From: Eutreptiella sp. 'Long Island Sound 2002'
Lineage: Eukaryota; Protista; Euglenida
Direction of reading: 5' to 3'
DNA length: 64,000 nucleotides
Assembly (NCBI GenBank): GCA_964036045.1
Contig: OZ038378.1
Location: 199,206,001 to 199,270,000, forward strand
Below are positions 1 through 10,840 of the stretch, piece after piece. Within the stretch, counting starts at the first letter, position 1, and every line of letters begins with the position of its first letter. The translations under genes were made by a program, and so were the position numbers. The notes under the pieces were generated by a model, which worked only from the letters and a program-made list of their open reading frames with translations, was not told the origin of the DNA and searched no databases.

Positions 1-977
1 GGGACCCTAGTGGACCCACCGTTGGCCCCCACCGTGCGCGGGCCGGGCTGCCCTCCGGCTCCACCAAGTGACCACTAGTACAGGGGTCTAGGCGTCCCGT
101 TGGGCGATTCCGAGGGTTGGAAACCACAAAAAGTGGGGGGTTGCGCGTGGACTAGGTGCCTTCGGAATTCGGTTTTGAGCCACGTAGCCCAAGACACGGT
201 CTGTTATTGGTTTTGGGGCTGTTTGACACTGCAGCGCACATTCGGCCCTTTTTAGCCATTTTTGGGCCGTTTCTCGGACATATCGTGGAGTTAGAGGGCA
301 AGAAAGAGCTCTTTGTCATGGGGCAATCAAGGCGCACGTGGAGTGTAGCAACCGTTTCCCTTCGTTTGGTCGTTTTTACTAGGTTTCGGGACTGTTTTGG
401 GCCAAAAAAGGCTGTTTTGCGTCACAAAATGCGCAATTTTGGGAGGGCACCTCCCGACTTGGCGCCCCCGCTCCGGGGCGCCACCGGTGAGTTTTTGGCT
501 CAAAAACTTGGATTCCGCAAGGCCACCACCTAGGGGATGGCTAGATTAGGGAAGGATCCGAGACGGTGGAACGGAGTAACAACCAAAACGGAGGCGTGGC
601 GTGCTTGCTTGTTGTTAGCTAGATTTAAGAGGAGAGGGGTGTAATAATAAATACTAGTGTTTTCGCGGGGGGGGGGGGGGAGGGGGGGCTATTCCGTCCA
701 CTATTGGGGGTTTCAACTTTTTGGCCGTGTACCTCCGAGTGACCACATATTTGATATGGCATGTGATACCTTTTCGGAAAGTGCGTGGAAAGGGCTTTCT
801 AAAGCTTTTTTCGGTTTGGTCTAACTCACCGATATGTTGAAATGCCAGGCCGAACGAAAAAACTTTTTGGGTCTGGACGCCCCTTTTTGCTGCTCAGCCA
901 GCAGACTGCACACCTGCACTGGTTAGGCTGTCCGCTGCATTCTCCCAATTTTTAACACAAACTCATCCTTTCCAAGT

Positions 978-1030
978 AAGAGACATGCAATGGGGCTACA
1001 AATCAAGAGACATGCAATGGGGCTACAAAT
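978..1030 (+). repeat. Tandem duplication, 27-bp period (AAGAGACATGCAATGGGGCTACAAAT x2)
   Basis: Exact 26-mer at 978-1003 and 1005-1030. Confidence 0.9.
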
Positions 1031-1051
1031 AACCTTTTTGCAATGGGAGTG

Positions 1052-1802
1052 TTATTGCAAGGTCACCGTGCCCGTCTCCCATTGGCCACAAAAGCCGACA
1101 TTGGGGCAAGAGTAACTGGTGCCGTGCAAGCATAACTTGCACCAACAAGGGTACCTCCGCCGCTCCAAATGACCTGCCCTACCCGTGGACCGCCAATGAT
1201 AGTGCTTCTTGGTCCCTGGGATGGTCTTGGCGGGCTTCACTTCAGGCAAATCCTGTTTCATGTGTACGAAGCGATATTGTGTAAACTTACTATAGGTGCC
1301 CCGAACGGGCCGGTTTTTTCGTGACCTTGGACAGTTCTGCCATTTCCATGGCGGCCTTGATGTTTTCCACGATGGTGTCCTGCACCTGCCCACCTGAATT
1401 TTTGGGGAAAACGGTGGTCATCGCCCTCTCCAAACCTTCTGGAGCCAAAAGCCCCTCCCCATTGGCCGCATTGATGACAACGGAGACCACAGCACGTGTT
1501 GCCCTCCAATTCGCTTGCTCATCAAGGTCTCCTTGTTGCCCATGCGGCAAAGTTGATTGGAGGCCGGAAATAGCGGCCTCCTTCTCCTCTTTCCCGTATG
1601 CAAATGCAATTTCTTGCACATTGATCCGCCTTTTTTTGGCGGGGGACGCTTGGGGGGTACCCCTTCCTTGGACTTGGGGAAAACGGGGCGCTGTGCTGCC
1701 GTTGGTCGAAAACATGGCCAAAAACACAAAAAATTGAGAATTCTGCAAAGAGGGCGTGAGGACAAGCTCCGAAACCTTGAAAAATGGATTCCCCACCCTC
1801 AA
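1052..1802 (-). pseudogene. Transposase relic: N-terminal helical fragment (1290-1802) fused out of frame to a C-terminal Cys-rich fragment (1052-1310); DDD core missing
   Basis: The C-terminal fragment KTIPGTKKHYHW...LERRRYPCWCKLC...CPNVGFCGQW matches the IPGT.K.H...R..SC.C..C...C.N...W tail I associate with Sola-type transposases. Confidence 0.55.
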
Positions 1803-2142
1803 AATGGGGGGGGTCCCCTCACCTCACAACACCCCAATCTCCGGACTGCACACCGCTAGTGGACGGTTTTGGGAGCCCCCCCCCCCCCCCGCAAAAACAC
1901 CCATATATACCGATACCCCCCCCCCCCCTGAAAAGATTGGGCCAAATTTTCTTCCGGGCCTTCGGCCAATGAAAAAATTTCTCTGGCGCCAATTAGTTTA
2001 GACCCAAGAAATTTCTTCGGCGCCTCTAAGAACTCAGCACCACCGGGGGGGGGGGGGGTGCAGCCACCCCCCTCTTAAAGGAGCCCTGGGGCACGCCAGC
2101 ACGCCTGGGCATGCCCACACGCATTGTCGCGTCTTGTTGCAG

Positions 2143-2493
2143 CACACCACCGCACACCTGGAGTCTGAAGACCTGGTGAGCTCACCTCCTTTGGAGAATG
2201 CGTCGGCCCCCACTCTCACCCCTGGCCTGCCCGCGTATCCCAACGGCACGCCTTGGGTCGAGCCCAACCGGTCCCAAGTGGCCGACAAGCTGGACTACTA
2301 CGACATGGATGACTATGCGGACCCGGAGGTGGAGGGGGCGGCGTTCATGAGTTATCCGGGTGGCACCCCCCCAGGCTACCCCGCTGCCGCTGTCTCCCAA
2401 GCCGCCTACCCCAGTGGCGCTTCCTCACCCGCCCCCGGCCAGTACCCCCCGCAGGGTCCGACCGTCCCCCCCCAACATGGGGGGGTGTACTAA
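2143..2493 (+). CDS. Candidate exon encoding a Pro/Tyr/Gly-rich low-complexity peptide; possibly the terminal exon of an upstream gene or an upstream exon of the giant gene
   Basis: Acceptor GTCTTGTTGCAG ends at 2142. The frame is open to TAA at 2491-2493 and reads ...DKLDYYDMDDYADPEVEGAAFMSYPGGTPPGYP...PQHGGVY. No domain recognised. Confidence 0.35.
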   Translation, partial: HTTAHLESEDLVSSPPLENASAPTLTPGLPAYPNGTPWVEPNRSQVADKLDYYDMDDYADPEVEGAAFMSYPGGTPPGYPAAAVSQAAYPSGASSPAPGQYPPQGPTVPPQHGGVY

Positions 2494-5400
2494 GTGTCTG
2501 CCGGCGTGGGGCGCCAGTGCAAGCCGCACAAGCGCCTTCGCGTGCGCCCCCTGTCATGCACTGCACCCACAAAAAATGGTTTGGACAGCGAGAGCCCAGC
2601 ACCAAAATGAGTGCGAGTGGTCCAAGTCTCAGGGGGAGCACCTGACGCGGCGCGGAGATTTTGCCACCTTGCATGACCAAGCCGTGCTTGCCACCAGAGG
2701 GTTTGCTTTTTGGTAGGGGCCATTTCGGGAGCCCGGGCTGCTCCAGGTGAACATAAAAGTAGCGTGCGGCGCGCACGCGGCGCGCAAGCGGCGCGGATAC
2801 TCCCCTTCAGAAGTGCCCTTTTCACCCCCAGCCCCTTTTCAAACCGGTCCAGGCAGTTTACTGATGGCAAATTGGCAGGCAACGGACAGCGGTTGGCAGG
2901 CATCCGACACCAGGTGCTGTTTGATCGACGCTTTCTTGAGGTGGGTTTCGTAGGGTTCCCCCGCGAAGGAGCCCGTTGGTCTTGTGAAGGCTTTTGAAGA
3001 AATAAGCGGGTCATAGCTCTGGGGGATCACTGCCCGTGATATGGCACAGTGGGTGCCTGGGAGAGAGGCCGGGCATTGGCGTTTGTGGGCACGAGACTTC
3101 GGATTGGTATGTGGTGCAGAGGATGCAGGAATTTCCGCAGAAGCCTGCCCCCACCGAGAATCCTTTTGCAAACCTGGACATGCGCCTCTCGGCCTGGGAA
3201 TGTGCCCCACCCGTCAACATTGTCAAGCGTTTTCTCGGCTTGTGCCCCTTTCACGGATGTCTGGTGTGCGCAGAGCTTTGAGTAGGCCACACACGGGGGC
3301 GGGCAAATTCAACCAGTGGCATGCACACGCAGGTGCATCCCGCTGATGTTTGTGTAATTCTCAGTGCGGAAAGTGAGCAGGTCTGAACCACAAGTGGCCG
3401 CTCATGAGCGCCAAGAAAATGCCTGCAGTTGATGAGGTTGGGAAGCAGGAGGGCTCTTCCCACTTCAGGCTTCAAAGCGCGGCTCACGCCCTCTGCTCCT
3501 TAAAAAGATGTCTGCACAAATTTCACGCTGTATTTCTTGCGAAGAATTCCTGTGCACGAGGATCGTGTGGCTGGTGCCTCAACCTGTTTCGTCATGTGCT
3601 TGGCCCACAAGTGGTGCTGCTTGTTTCAGCATCCCTCTGCTGTTATCGAAACCGAGTATTAGCTGTTTTCCTGGATTTGAGATGGGGCAATGGTTGTAAG
3701 TGGTGCTGGTAGCTGTCTGACTGTCAGAGTTTTTGGTTGGTTTTAGTTGATGCTGTTTTGAGGTTTCAGATAAGGCAATGCCCGTTGCTTTGCAGCCTGC
3801 TGCAATCGTAGTAAGCAATAAAGGGGAGCACATGCCAATGCATCTTATTGCACTCTTCCAGGTTTGGGCTAGGGCGGGCGGGAATGTGCAACGGCCAAAA
3901 GTAGGGAGTGGACGAAGGTCAAGGTGAACGTCACGGTTGTGCTAACCTGCTGCAGAGCGTAACCCACACGAAGAAGTTCAATGTACTTCTTCAGGCACCC
4001 ATCCAGGCAAACTTTGTGGTATCCAATCCACGGGCTCTGTCAGGCTGCCCGACCTCTCCAGGCCCACTCTGCTTCCTGGCAATGCAGACCGCCACCCTAT
4101 GTTTCTAGAGCCTTTGAAACAAATGCAATGTGCCAATCAGGCCTGGAGACCCACTAACCTCATCCTTCTGTTTTCTTTTTTAACACTTGTTGCAGATTTT
4201 ATCCCTAGTGTAGGTCTGCAATTCCACAGTGTCTCAGACCAATTCCGGATCGAAACTCAAATCATGTAAACTGAATTATGGCAATTGGTTAGGAATGTTT
4301 TGCTGCAGTGGAGGGTCACATCACAGTGGGTTTCGGGAGCACCCCAGCAATGGTGCAGGGAAGCGCAACAATGAGGACAGCAGTGCGAAATGTTGGGCTG
4401 GGGTGGCCCTGTGATATGTGGCAAAGGGAAGGCTGCGGGTGCCAGGTACCAGGGTGGCGTGAATGATGTAGGAATCATATAAGTCCTGCAGTCTGGAAGT
4501 GAGACAGATTTCACAGGGAGGGTTCAGGAAAGCGGTGAACAGGAGGTAAGCCCAGGAGTCACAACAAGTATTTCTTTGTGTTCTCATGGGCTCCATTTGT
4601 CTTTGACTGCACCGGGCCATGTTAACCCCCCCCGCCTCTCCCCCTCCCAACCCCCCTATCCACGAGTGGAGGATTCCCCCCTCAAACGGCGAGAACGTAC
4701 GTACACCTGGAAGCACCAACTGGCAGACTCATTCAGCCTTGATGGCCACCCCCCCTTGCCTTCACCTGCAAGGAACAGTGGACGTGGTTTGTTGTGGCAT
4801 GCCCTTGGGAGATTGTTAGGTTGCAAGAGTTTCATAGGCTTCATCATACTACTGCTTCTGGCTGGTCAAGTGGAGCTGGCAGCATCCTAAATAGTCTGTC
4901 ACCACACTCCATGCACATCTGTCACACATGGTTGCCCCCCATGCTGTGCAGGTGCTGTGTACTACAGGAGCAAGTGGTTGGATGTGCGACCTACTAAAGT
5001 CAACAATCAACCCTGTTTAGTGCACACATCCTGGGCCAATATCTGGCCAATTCCATGAATTTACACACCAATTGTGCTCTTCACAGAGTGTATCCCTTTT
5101 CCTTGAAGCACTGGTTATTGTCCGCAGAACCAAATGTTCGTATCCCTGCCCACCAAAGCACATCCCCTTATAACTGCTTGAAATGCTTCTTCCCTCGTAC
5201 AGAATTCCTGTATTTTTTGATGAAAACTCTCACGTATATTGGTCTTTGAGTGACTGCACTCTTTTGTGACATTGCCAGCGATGGTTCAGCTGTTGGGCAT
5301 TTTTTTTGCCCAGCTGTTACTCCCTCCTCACCACATCCCAGTGCTGGGTTGGCAATGTTTGAAGCTGCAGCAGTTTTGTCATGGGCCCTTTCAGAATGTA

Positions 5401-6960
5401 AATTTGGCTGAATTTTCTATTTCTCACCTCTTTGCTTGCAGGTGAGTCCACCACTTTCCCACACCTCTCCCCCATTTGCTGATTTTTCCTCACCAGAGGA
5501 CCCCATCATATCGTATTGTCAGAGGGCTTGTGCAGGTGCCTTCTTTTCACACCATTATTGCAACAACAGTCTGGCTTTGGTTGAACGCGTGAGTCTTCGG
5601 TTGGAGTTTTCAGTAATACGTTGATGTTTAGATTTTGTTCATTTGCTGGGTTGATTTTCTGTGGAAATTTTGTTTGGTGTGGAAATTTCTCCCAAGGTCA
5701 CTGCTTGTTGTATTTCATTTAGTCAAGCTACTATGCCAGGTTTTAGCAGCTGGACCAGGGGTTTCTGATTTTTTTTTTAAATAGAATGCCTTCAATTTTA
5801 CCTTCTGCAACATTCCTTGTCCTTTTTAACAGGCAGAGACAATAAATATTTTTGAGCACATATTTCAATGGCTTTGGGAGCTGTGTTGTATTTGCACTGA
5901 TGCCAACTTAAGGAATGTGACTGAATACATTGTCTTCACTTGCGCCTGTGTTGTCTTCGGCATTATGCGAGGATTGTTTTTCTGTTGTAGCATCTACCTG
6001 ACAAACTACAAAACGCGCTGAGAAATTCAGCACTAGCACCCAGTTAAGGTAGCCCTCATGTGGTGATGGGGGACTCCATTGTGTGGTGGTGCGCACCAGC
6101 GCGCTGTCCATGTGGTGCAGGCAGGGCAACAAATCCTGCCCACACCACGGAACAAGTCCTGCACAGCGAACACTGCTGGTTTTTTTGAATGAAAATGGAT
6201 TTGCAGGAGCAGCTGCAACTGCCCCTCAAGCTGTCAGACCTCCCAGAGTTTTCAATGCTATGTTGCTGTGGGTAGACTTATTTAGCAATTATAAATGTTT
6301 CATTTGTGCGCCTTGTCATTCAAATGAAGGGCTTTCCAAAGAGTGACAGATTGTGGAAAATACAAACAACAGCTAAAAAACAGCACATTCTGGAGATGTA
6401 CATTCATTCCAACACCAGAAATTAGCAGTTAAAACATCTTTTTTCCAAAATGTAAAGATTCTGCACCCCCAATCCCCCAATATGGCAGAGGAGTATACCA
6501 TACTTTTCTGCTCAGCGTTGGTGATTTCATGTCAGCAGTGCCACCATTTTGATTTTGACAGCTCCGCTTGGTGCTATCTTCAGTCATTGATGTTCACACG
6601 TGGTGCTATGTTGCCTTTTTTCGTTGTGCTATGTTGTGTGGTTTTGCTGGTGTGCTCTTTGCTGCATGTTCTAGGGTGCACCCTACTTATGTGCTTTGTC
6701 CGTTGGTAGACAGGTTGCTATTTGGAGTTATTCACCAAGGTTGCTTGCAGATTGGGTTTTTTCGTGCTCTCTGTGGATTGTGCGCAAATTTGGATGTCAC
6801 ATGGCCATTGTTTAGTGTTTGCTGTCATTTGGGAGTTTGTGTTTGTGTCTCTTTGCTTTGAGGTCCATTTTTAAGGCCATATGGGCTGCTAAACTTTAGC
6901 TTTTTCAATTCCGTTTTATGTGGAGTGCAGCAATTCAATTGCTTTGGTGATTGCTTCATA

Positions 6961-7772
6961 TTGGGGGTGTTGCCTGAACCGTGCGCGCACCGTGCACGCA
7001 CCGTGCGCGCACCGTGCGTCCTTTTGCGTATTCTGTGTCCACCAGATCCACAATGCCTGAATCTGAGCTGCCCTAGCTTGTCGCCGGACTGCCTGTGTAC
7101 TACCACCGCTCCAACGGGGATAGGGTGTCGGCCACTGTCGTTGACCCTTCTCCAAGAGGTGGGAGTCGCGTCTCTATTCGGTACGAATTGGGTGGTGAAG
7201 AGGTCTTGTATGAGCATGCACCCGAGGAGCGGTTGGAGTTTGCAATTGTGACTGCTGAGAGCCCCGATTCCCCCCAACCTGTGCACCATGAGGCGCCGAT
7301 GGACGCTTTGCTGGAGCCCCAATTACCTGAAGTGGAAGCTGAAGCCCCTAGAATTGATGATCATGAGCCAGAATGCTGTGGCGGATGAAATTGAAATTCC
7401 CGTAACCCAACCAGTGTTGTCGCTTGTGTTGTCGCCTGTGCATGGTTTGTTACGGAGGTGCGTGCAAGGTGCAGAAATTGGGAGCCTGGAACCTGTGACA
7501 AGCATCAGATTTAAAAAAAAAAAATTCCCGGTACGCCAATAGGGGCTGCAGGGTGCAGAAAATAGGACCCTGGAACCTGTGACAAGCATCAGACTAAAAA
7601 TTGAAGAATCCTGGTATGCCAGTATGGACTGCAAGGTGCAGAAATCAGGACCCTGGGTGTGTTTCTATGGGGGCCATTCAACGGGGTACAAGTTGGGCAA
7701 CCATCCCAAAAACATTGAACCGTGCGCGCACCGTGCACGCACCGTGCGCGCACCGTGCGACAACGCCCCCAA
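6961..7772 (+). mobile_element. Small TIR-bounded cassette, copy 1 (MITE-like, carries an ORF)
   Basis: Ends TTGGGGGTGTTG ... CAACGCCCCCAA form an 11/12 inverted match. Both ends have arrays of the 11-bp unit ACCGTGCGCGC, which contains the palindrome GTGCGCGCAC. Near-identical to 32356-33093, but with an extra ~84-bp internal unit at 7470-7553. Confidence 0.8.
7053..7388 (+). pseudogene. Cassette ORF, copy 1, with a TGG>TAG nonsense change at codon 8
   Basis: ATG at 7053 and TAG at 7074-7076, where copy 2 has TGG. The rest is collinear with the intact copy at 32448-32783. Confidence 0.65.
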
Positions 7773-8400
7773 AGCATGTTTTAGGCCGTATTTACATGTT
7801 TTTCACCTTATTTGGGTATTGGGCGCAGGGCGGGGCGGGGGGGGGGGGGTCTCCCAAGGGATTGGTACACAACGTGCTCATGCAGTTTTTCACCGTGGAC
7901 AGCTCAAAAATTGAAGTTTTTGAAACTTTTTTTTTATACCATGATCACCTAAAATCACCATCCAAGGTATGTAAAGCATGTTTGAGGCCGTATTTATGTG
8001 TTCTTCACTTCATTTGGGTATTGGGCGGGGGGGGGGGGGGGCTCCTAGGGGGTTTGGAACACAACCTGCTTAGGCAGTTTTTCACCTTGGTTAGCTCAAA
8101 AATCGAAGTTTTCGAAACATATTTTTAATCACCTAAAATGACCATCCAATATACGTAAAGCATGTTTTACGCCGTATTTATGTGTTTCTCACCATATTTG
8201 GGTATTGGGTGCGGGGGGGGGGGGGGGTCCAAACGGGATTGGTACACAACCTGCTTATGCAGTTTTTCACCCTGGATACCTCAAAAATCCGAAACTTATT
8301 TTTTTGATATTGTGATCACCTAAAATTACCATCCAAGATATGTAAAGCATGTTTTAGCCCGTATTTATGTAGTGTTTACCCTATTTTGGGTGTGTGTTCT
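7771..8400 (+). repeat. Tandem satellite, ~185-200-bp unit, about 3.3 copies
   Basis: Units begin AAAGCATGTTT at 7771, ~7973, ~8158 and ~8344. Each has CCGTATTTA..., a poly-G run and GCAGTTTTTCACC...CTCAAAAAT...CACCTAAAAT.ACCATCCAA. Confidence 0.88.
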
Positions 8401-9329
8401 TGGGGTAGGTTCTCTGCGAGGTGGATTTGCCGAAGGCAACAGAATTTGCGGGGCCTTTGCAGTCCACATTTCTTGGTACTACCCAATTGGAGGCTCATAC
8501 ACATGCCATGGATGCTTCAAGAAAAAGGACATGGCAATCGCACATCCTGCGAGGCAAGCAATGCTGCACTGGTTGTCCACAGTCCATGGTGGTGTTGGAG
8601 CAAGGAGTTGTCAGCAATGCTGCTGCAAGGATGCACCAGTGGGTCTAGACAGGGGGCTCCAGGGTAGTCAGCTAGTGGGCCCCCTTTTTTAGTACCCTCC
8701 CAGTGCTAACAGGTGTTCCAAGCATTGGGCATGCTTCAATGGATACTATGATTCCCTAGACATCTGTGGACAGATGCCATACCTTCCTGAAGGCCTCCAC
8801 ATGGATGCTGATTCTTCAAAGGCTTCATGTGTCACAGGGTGCACCGGGGCATATGTGTACGGCTGCATCCATAAGCCCTGATGTGTATGTGGCACTGCAA
8901 GTCACCACGACGCTCCGTTTCAGGACCTGGGCCTATGTTCTGCAGCATGGCACACAACCCAAGATACTTGAAGCAGGCAGTGTGCGTAGTGCGTGCGGTG
9001 TGCAGGCAGCACCCTCATAGTCCCATCCCTGCGCAAGGATGAATCAAAGCATCACGTTTCGCAGTTGAACATTTGAAGTGTTACTCTCTTTGGTCAAAAT
9101 ATGGCTTCTTCATGATAGTGACAAGCATTTCTTGCGAGGGGTAAAGCTTGAAGATCTCTCATGGTGAGATAAAGTTGCTGGAGCAAGGAGATGGGTGAGG
9201 AATAACACCCACCGCCCAACCAATTGTTGAGCTCGCAGGATGGGAATGTTGTATGTAAGATCCCATAGGAGGGTCTGCGTCCTCGTTCACTATCCTCAGG
9301 CCAATGGTCAACGCCAATTCGCCTTGTAG

Positions 9330-9805
9330 GCACTCAATTCCTTGGAGAGGAGTGCCTTCAACACATGACGTGTGATGCAACTGTTGTTTGCAAATGGCTG
9401 CAGAGCATTGGCCTCCCGGAGTACACACTCCGATTCGATCAATACGACGTAGCCGGCTTTCATTTGATTGCGTTATCCGACGACGAGTTAAACTTGGCCA
9501 GTGTTAATGTCACTCATTTGACCTTGTTGTTGCGAGAGGCACTAGCACTGCAATTATTCCCGGAATCACTCCTTGAAGTCTCAACCGTGGAGCACCGCGA
9601 TAGGATCGCTGATGGCATCGAGGAACCTGTCAAAACGAAAGCCGATTTCAACGACGACCCGGCACACAAATATCCTTTTTATGGTGCAGATTATCAGCCT
9701 CCATGCACGGTCATGGATTTCCTCCGAGATCTTCCTGTTGAACAATTTCCCAAGGATCTCATTGATCAGATCATGATAGATTTTAAAAAGGACATGGCTA
9801 TTCAA
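9330..9805 (+). CDS. Exon of the giant gene encoding a SAM (sterile alpha motif) domain plus the helical lead-in to the ART domain
   Basis: Translation VVCKWLQSIGLPEYTLRFDQYDVAGFHLIALSDDELNLASVNVTHLTLLLREA fits the SAM consensus V..WL..IGL..Y...F....I.G..LL.L....L. Acceptor GCCTTGTAG ends at 9329 (alternative AGs at 9268 and 9299). The donor is CAA|GTATGC at 9805/9806. Confidence 0.8.
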
Positions 9806-10840
9806 GTATGCATTCCGTTTTGGATCCTTGTGCACTAAGATCAGCAAATTTTTCTTTCAAGGAAATCCTGCGACTGGACTAGCCCTCCAGAGCTGTCACG
9901 AGCCCATATGACCGAAACTCGCGATTCCAACAGCCCAGCAGCAGACGTTTCATCGAGTAATGTTTCCCGTGCGGGTGCAAACCAACGTGAGAATCTGCGA
10001 CACTGGGGTGGTGCCACTTCTTGACTTCTTGACAAATTGTGCGTCGGTATCCAGCCCACACATGTCTGCAGTAACCTCGCCGAACCCCCCAGAACGACCT
10101 CAAGCCCCCCATGATACCAAGCCCCGAATACCCTGCCCCGTATCGTGACCTCAACCCCAATATGCCCAGTGTCTGCGGGGGCTGTGTCAGGTTGGATCCG
10201 CTTGTCAGTAGCGTGGTGGGGAGGGGAAACTGACTTGAATCCAATGGGTTGGGTTCACACATCGCTGGCCTTGGGGTCCAACTTGTGGTTTGCATCATTT
10301 TTGGTCATTTTTGGGGGACTGGCCCGCAAGAGCTTCGGGTGACCGGCCTGCGACATCATGCAGTGCACATTGCGCTGTTACCATGTGGCATTGTAGGGGT
10401 CGGGGGACGGAGGAAGTGCACGTGAAGGGAACAGAGGCAAGACGCATGGCTATTGCCGGGCAGGGCACAGACGAGGCAGCGCGGGTTCCGCTGGCAGGGG
10501 TGGGGGATGTGGGGGGGGTGGAAGCAGTGGGATAAACCTCGCAGAAAGGCAAAGTTCTCCCAAGGGTGCAGTTGCCAAGCCAGAAACATTGTTATGTCGG
10601 GTGTCCAGTGGCCCAGAATGGAATTAGGCCATAACGACCACAATCAGGCTCTCGGGCGGCCCGTAGCGAAATTCCGGGGTGGTGCACAAACTGTGGGTGT
10701 TTTTTTCCGGTTGGCCCGCCATTTTTCTGGAGTCGGCGCAAGCTGAGGTTGCGTATCTGCAGCGCTGGAAGGGAGTAGAGATCGGGGGTGCTACTGCGCC
10801 GGCTTCCTTGCACTTTCCTCTCTTACACGCGTTGTTGTAG
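9806..10840 (+). other. Canonical GT-AG intron (1035 nt, phase 0) joining the SAM exon to the ART/ARM exon
   Basis: Donor GTATGC; pyrimidine tract and acceptor CTTTCCTCTCTTACACGCGTTGTTGTAG. The acceptor TAG is the in-frame stop just upstream of the big ORF. The spliced read is ...KKDMAIQ|IEVLEERQGELKEEDLLAIYTY... Confidence 0.8.

Larger units (their letters stand above)
629..1928 (-). mobile_element. Internally deleted DNA transposon, probably Sola-type (Sola2/Sola3-like)
   Basis: The left end is TTAA|GAGGAGAGGGG at 625-639. Degenerate inverted arms share GTGTTTT(C/T)GCGGG-polyG and CCGTCCACTA at about 657-703 and 1857-1900. The right flank is TGAA, a 3/4 match to TTAA. The element encloses transposase-like fragments. 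The family call rests on recalled Sola3 termini (GAG, TTAA TSD) and the C-terminal motif, not on a database search. Confidence 0.5.

Noticed and set aside
152-533. ORFs 156-533 (+) and 152-337 (-)
   Set aside because: No domain is recognisable, and they lie in repeat-like sequence with GTG/TTG starts.
8372-9020. Cys-containing short ORFs suggesting a zinc finger
   Set aside because: The Cys/His spacing fits no ZZ, RING or CCHC pattern, and no supported splice frame was found.
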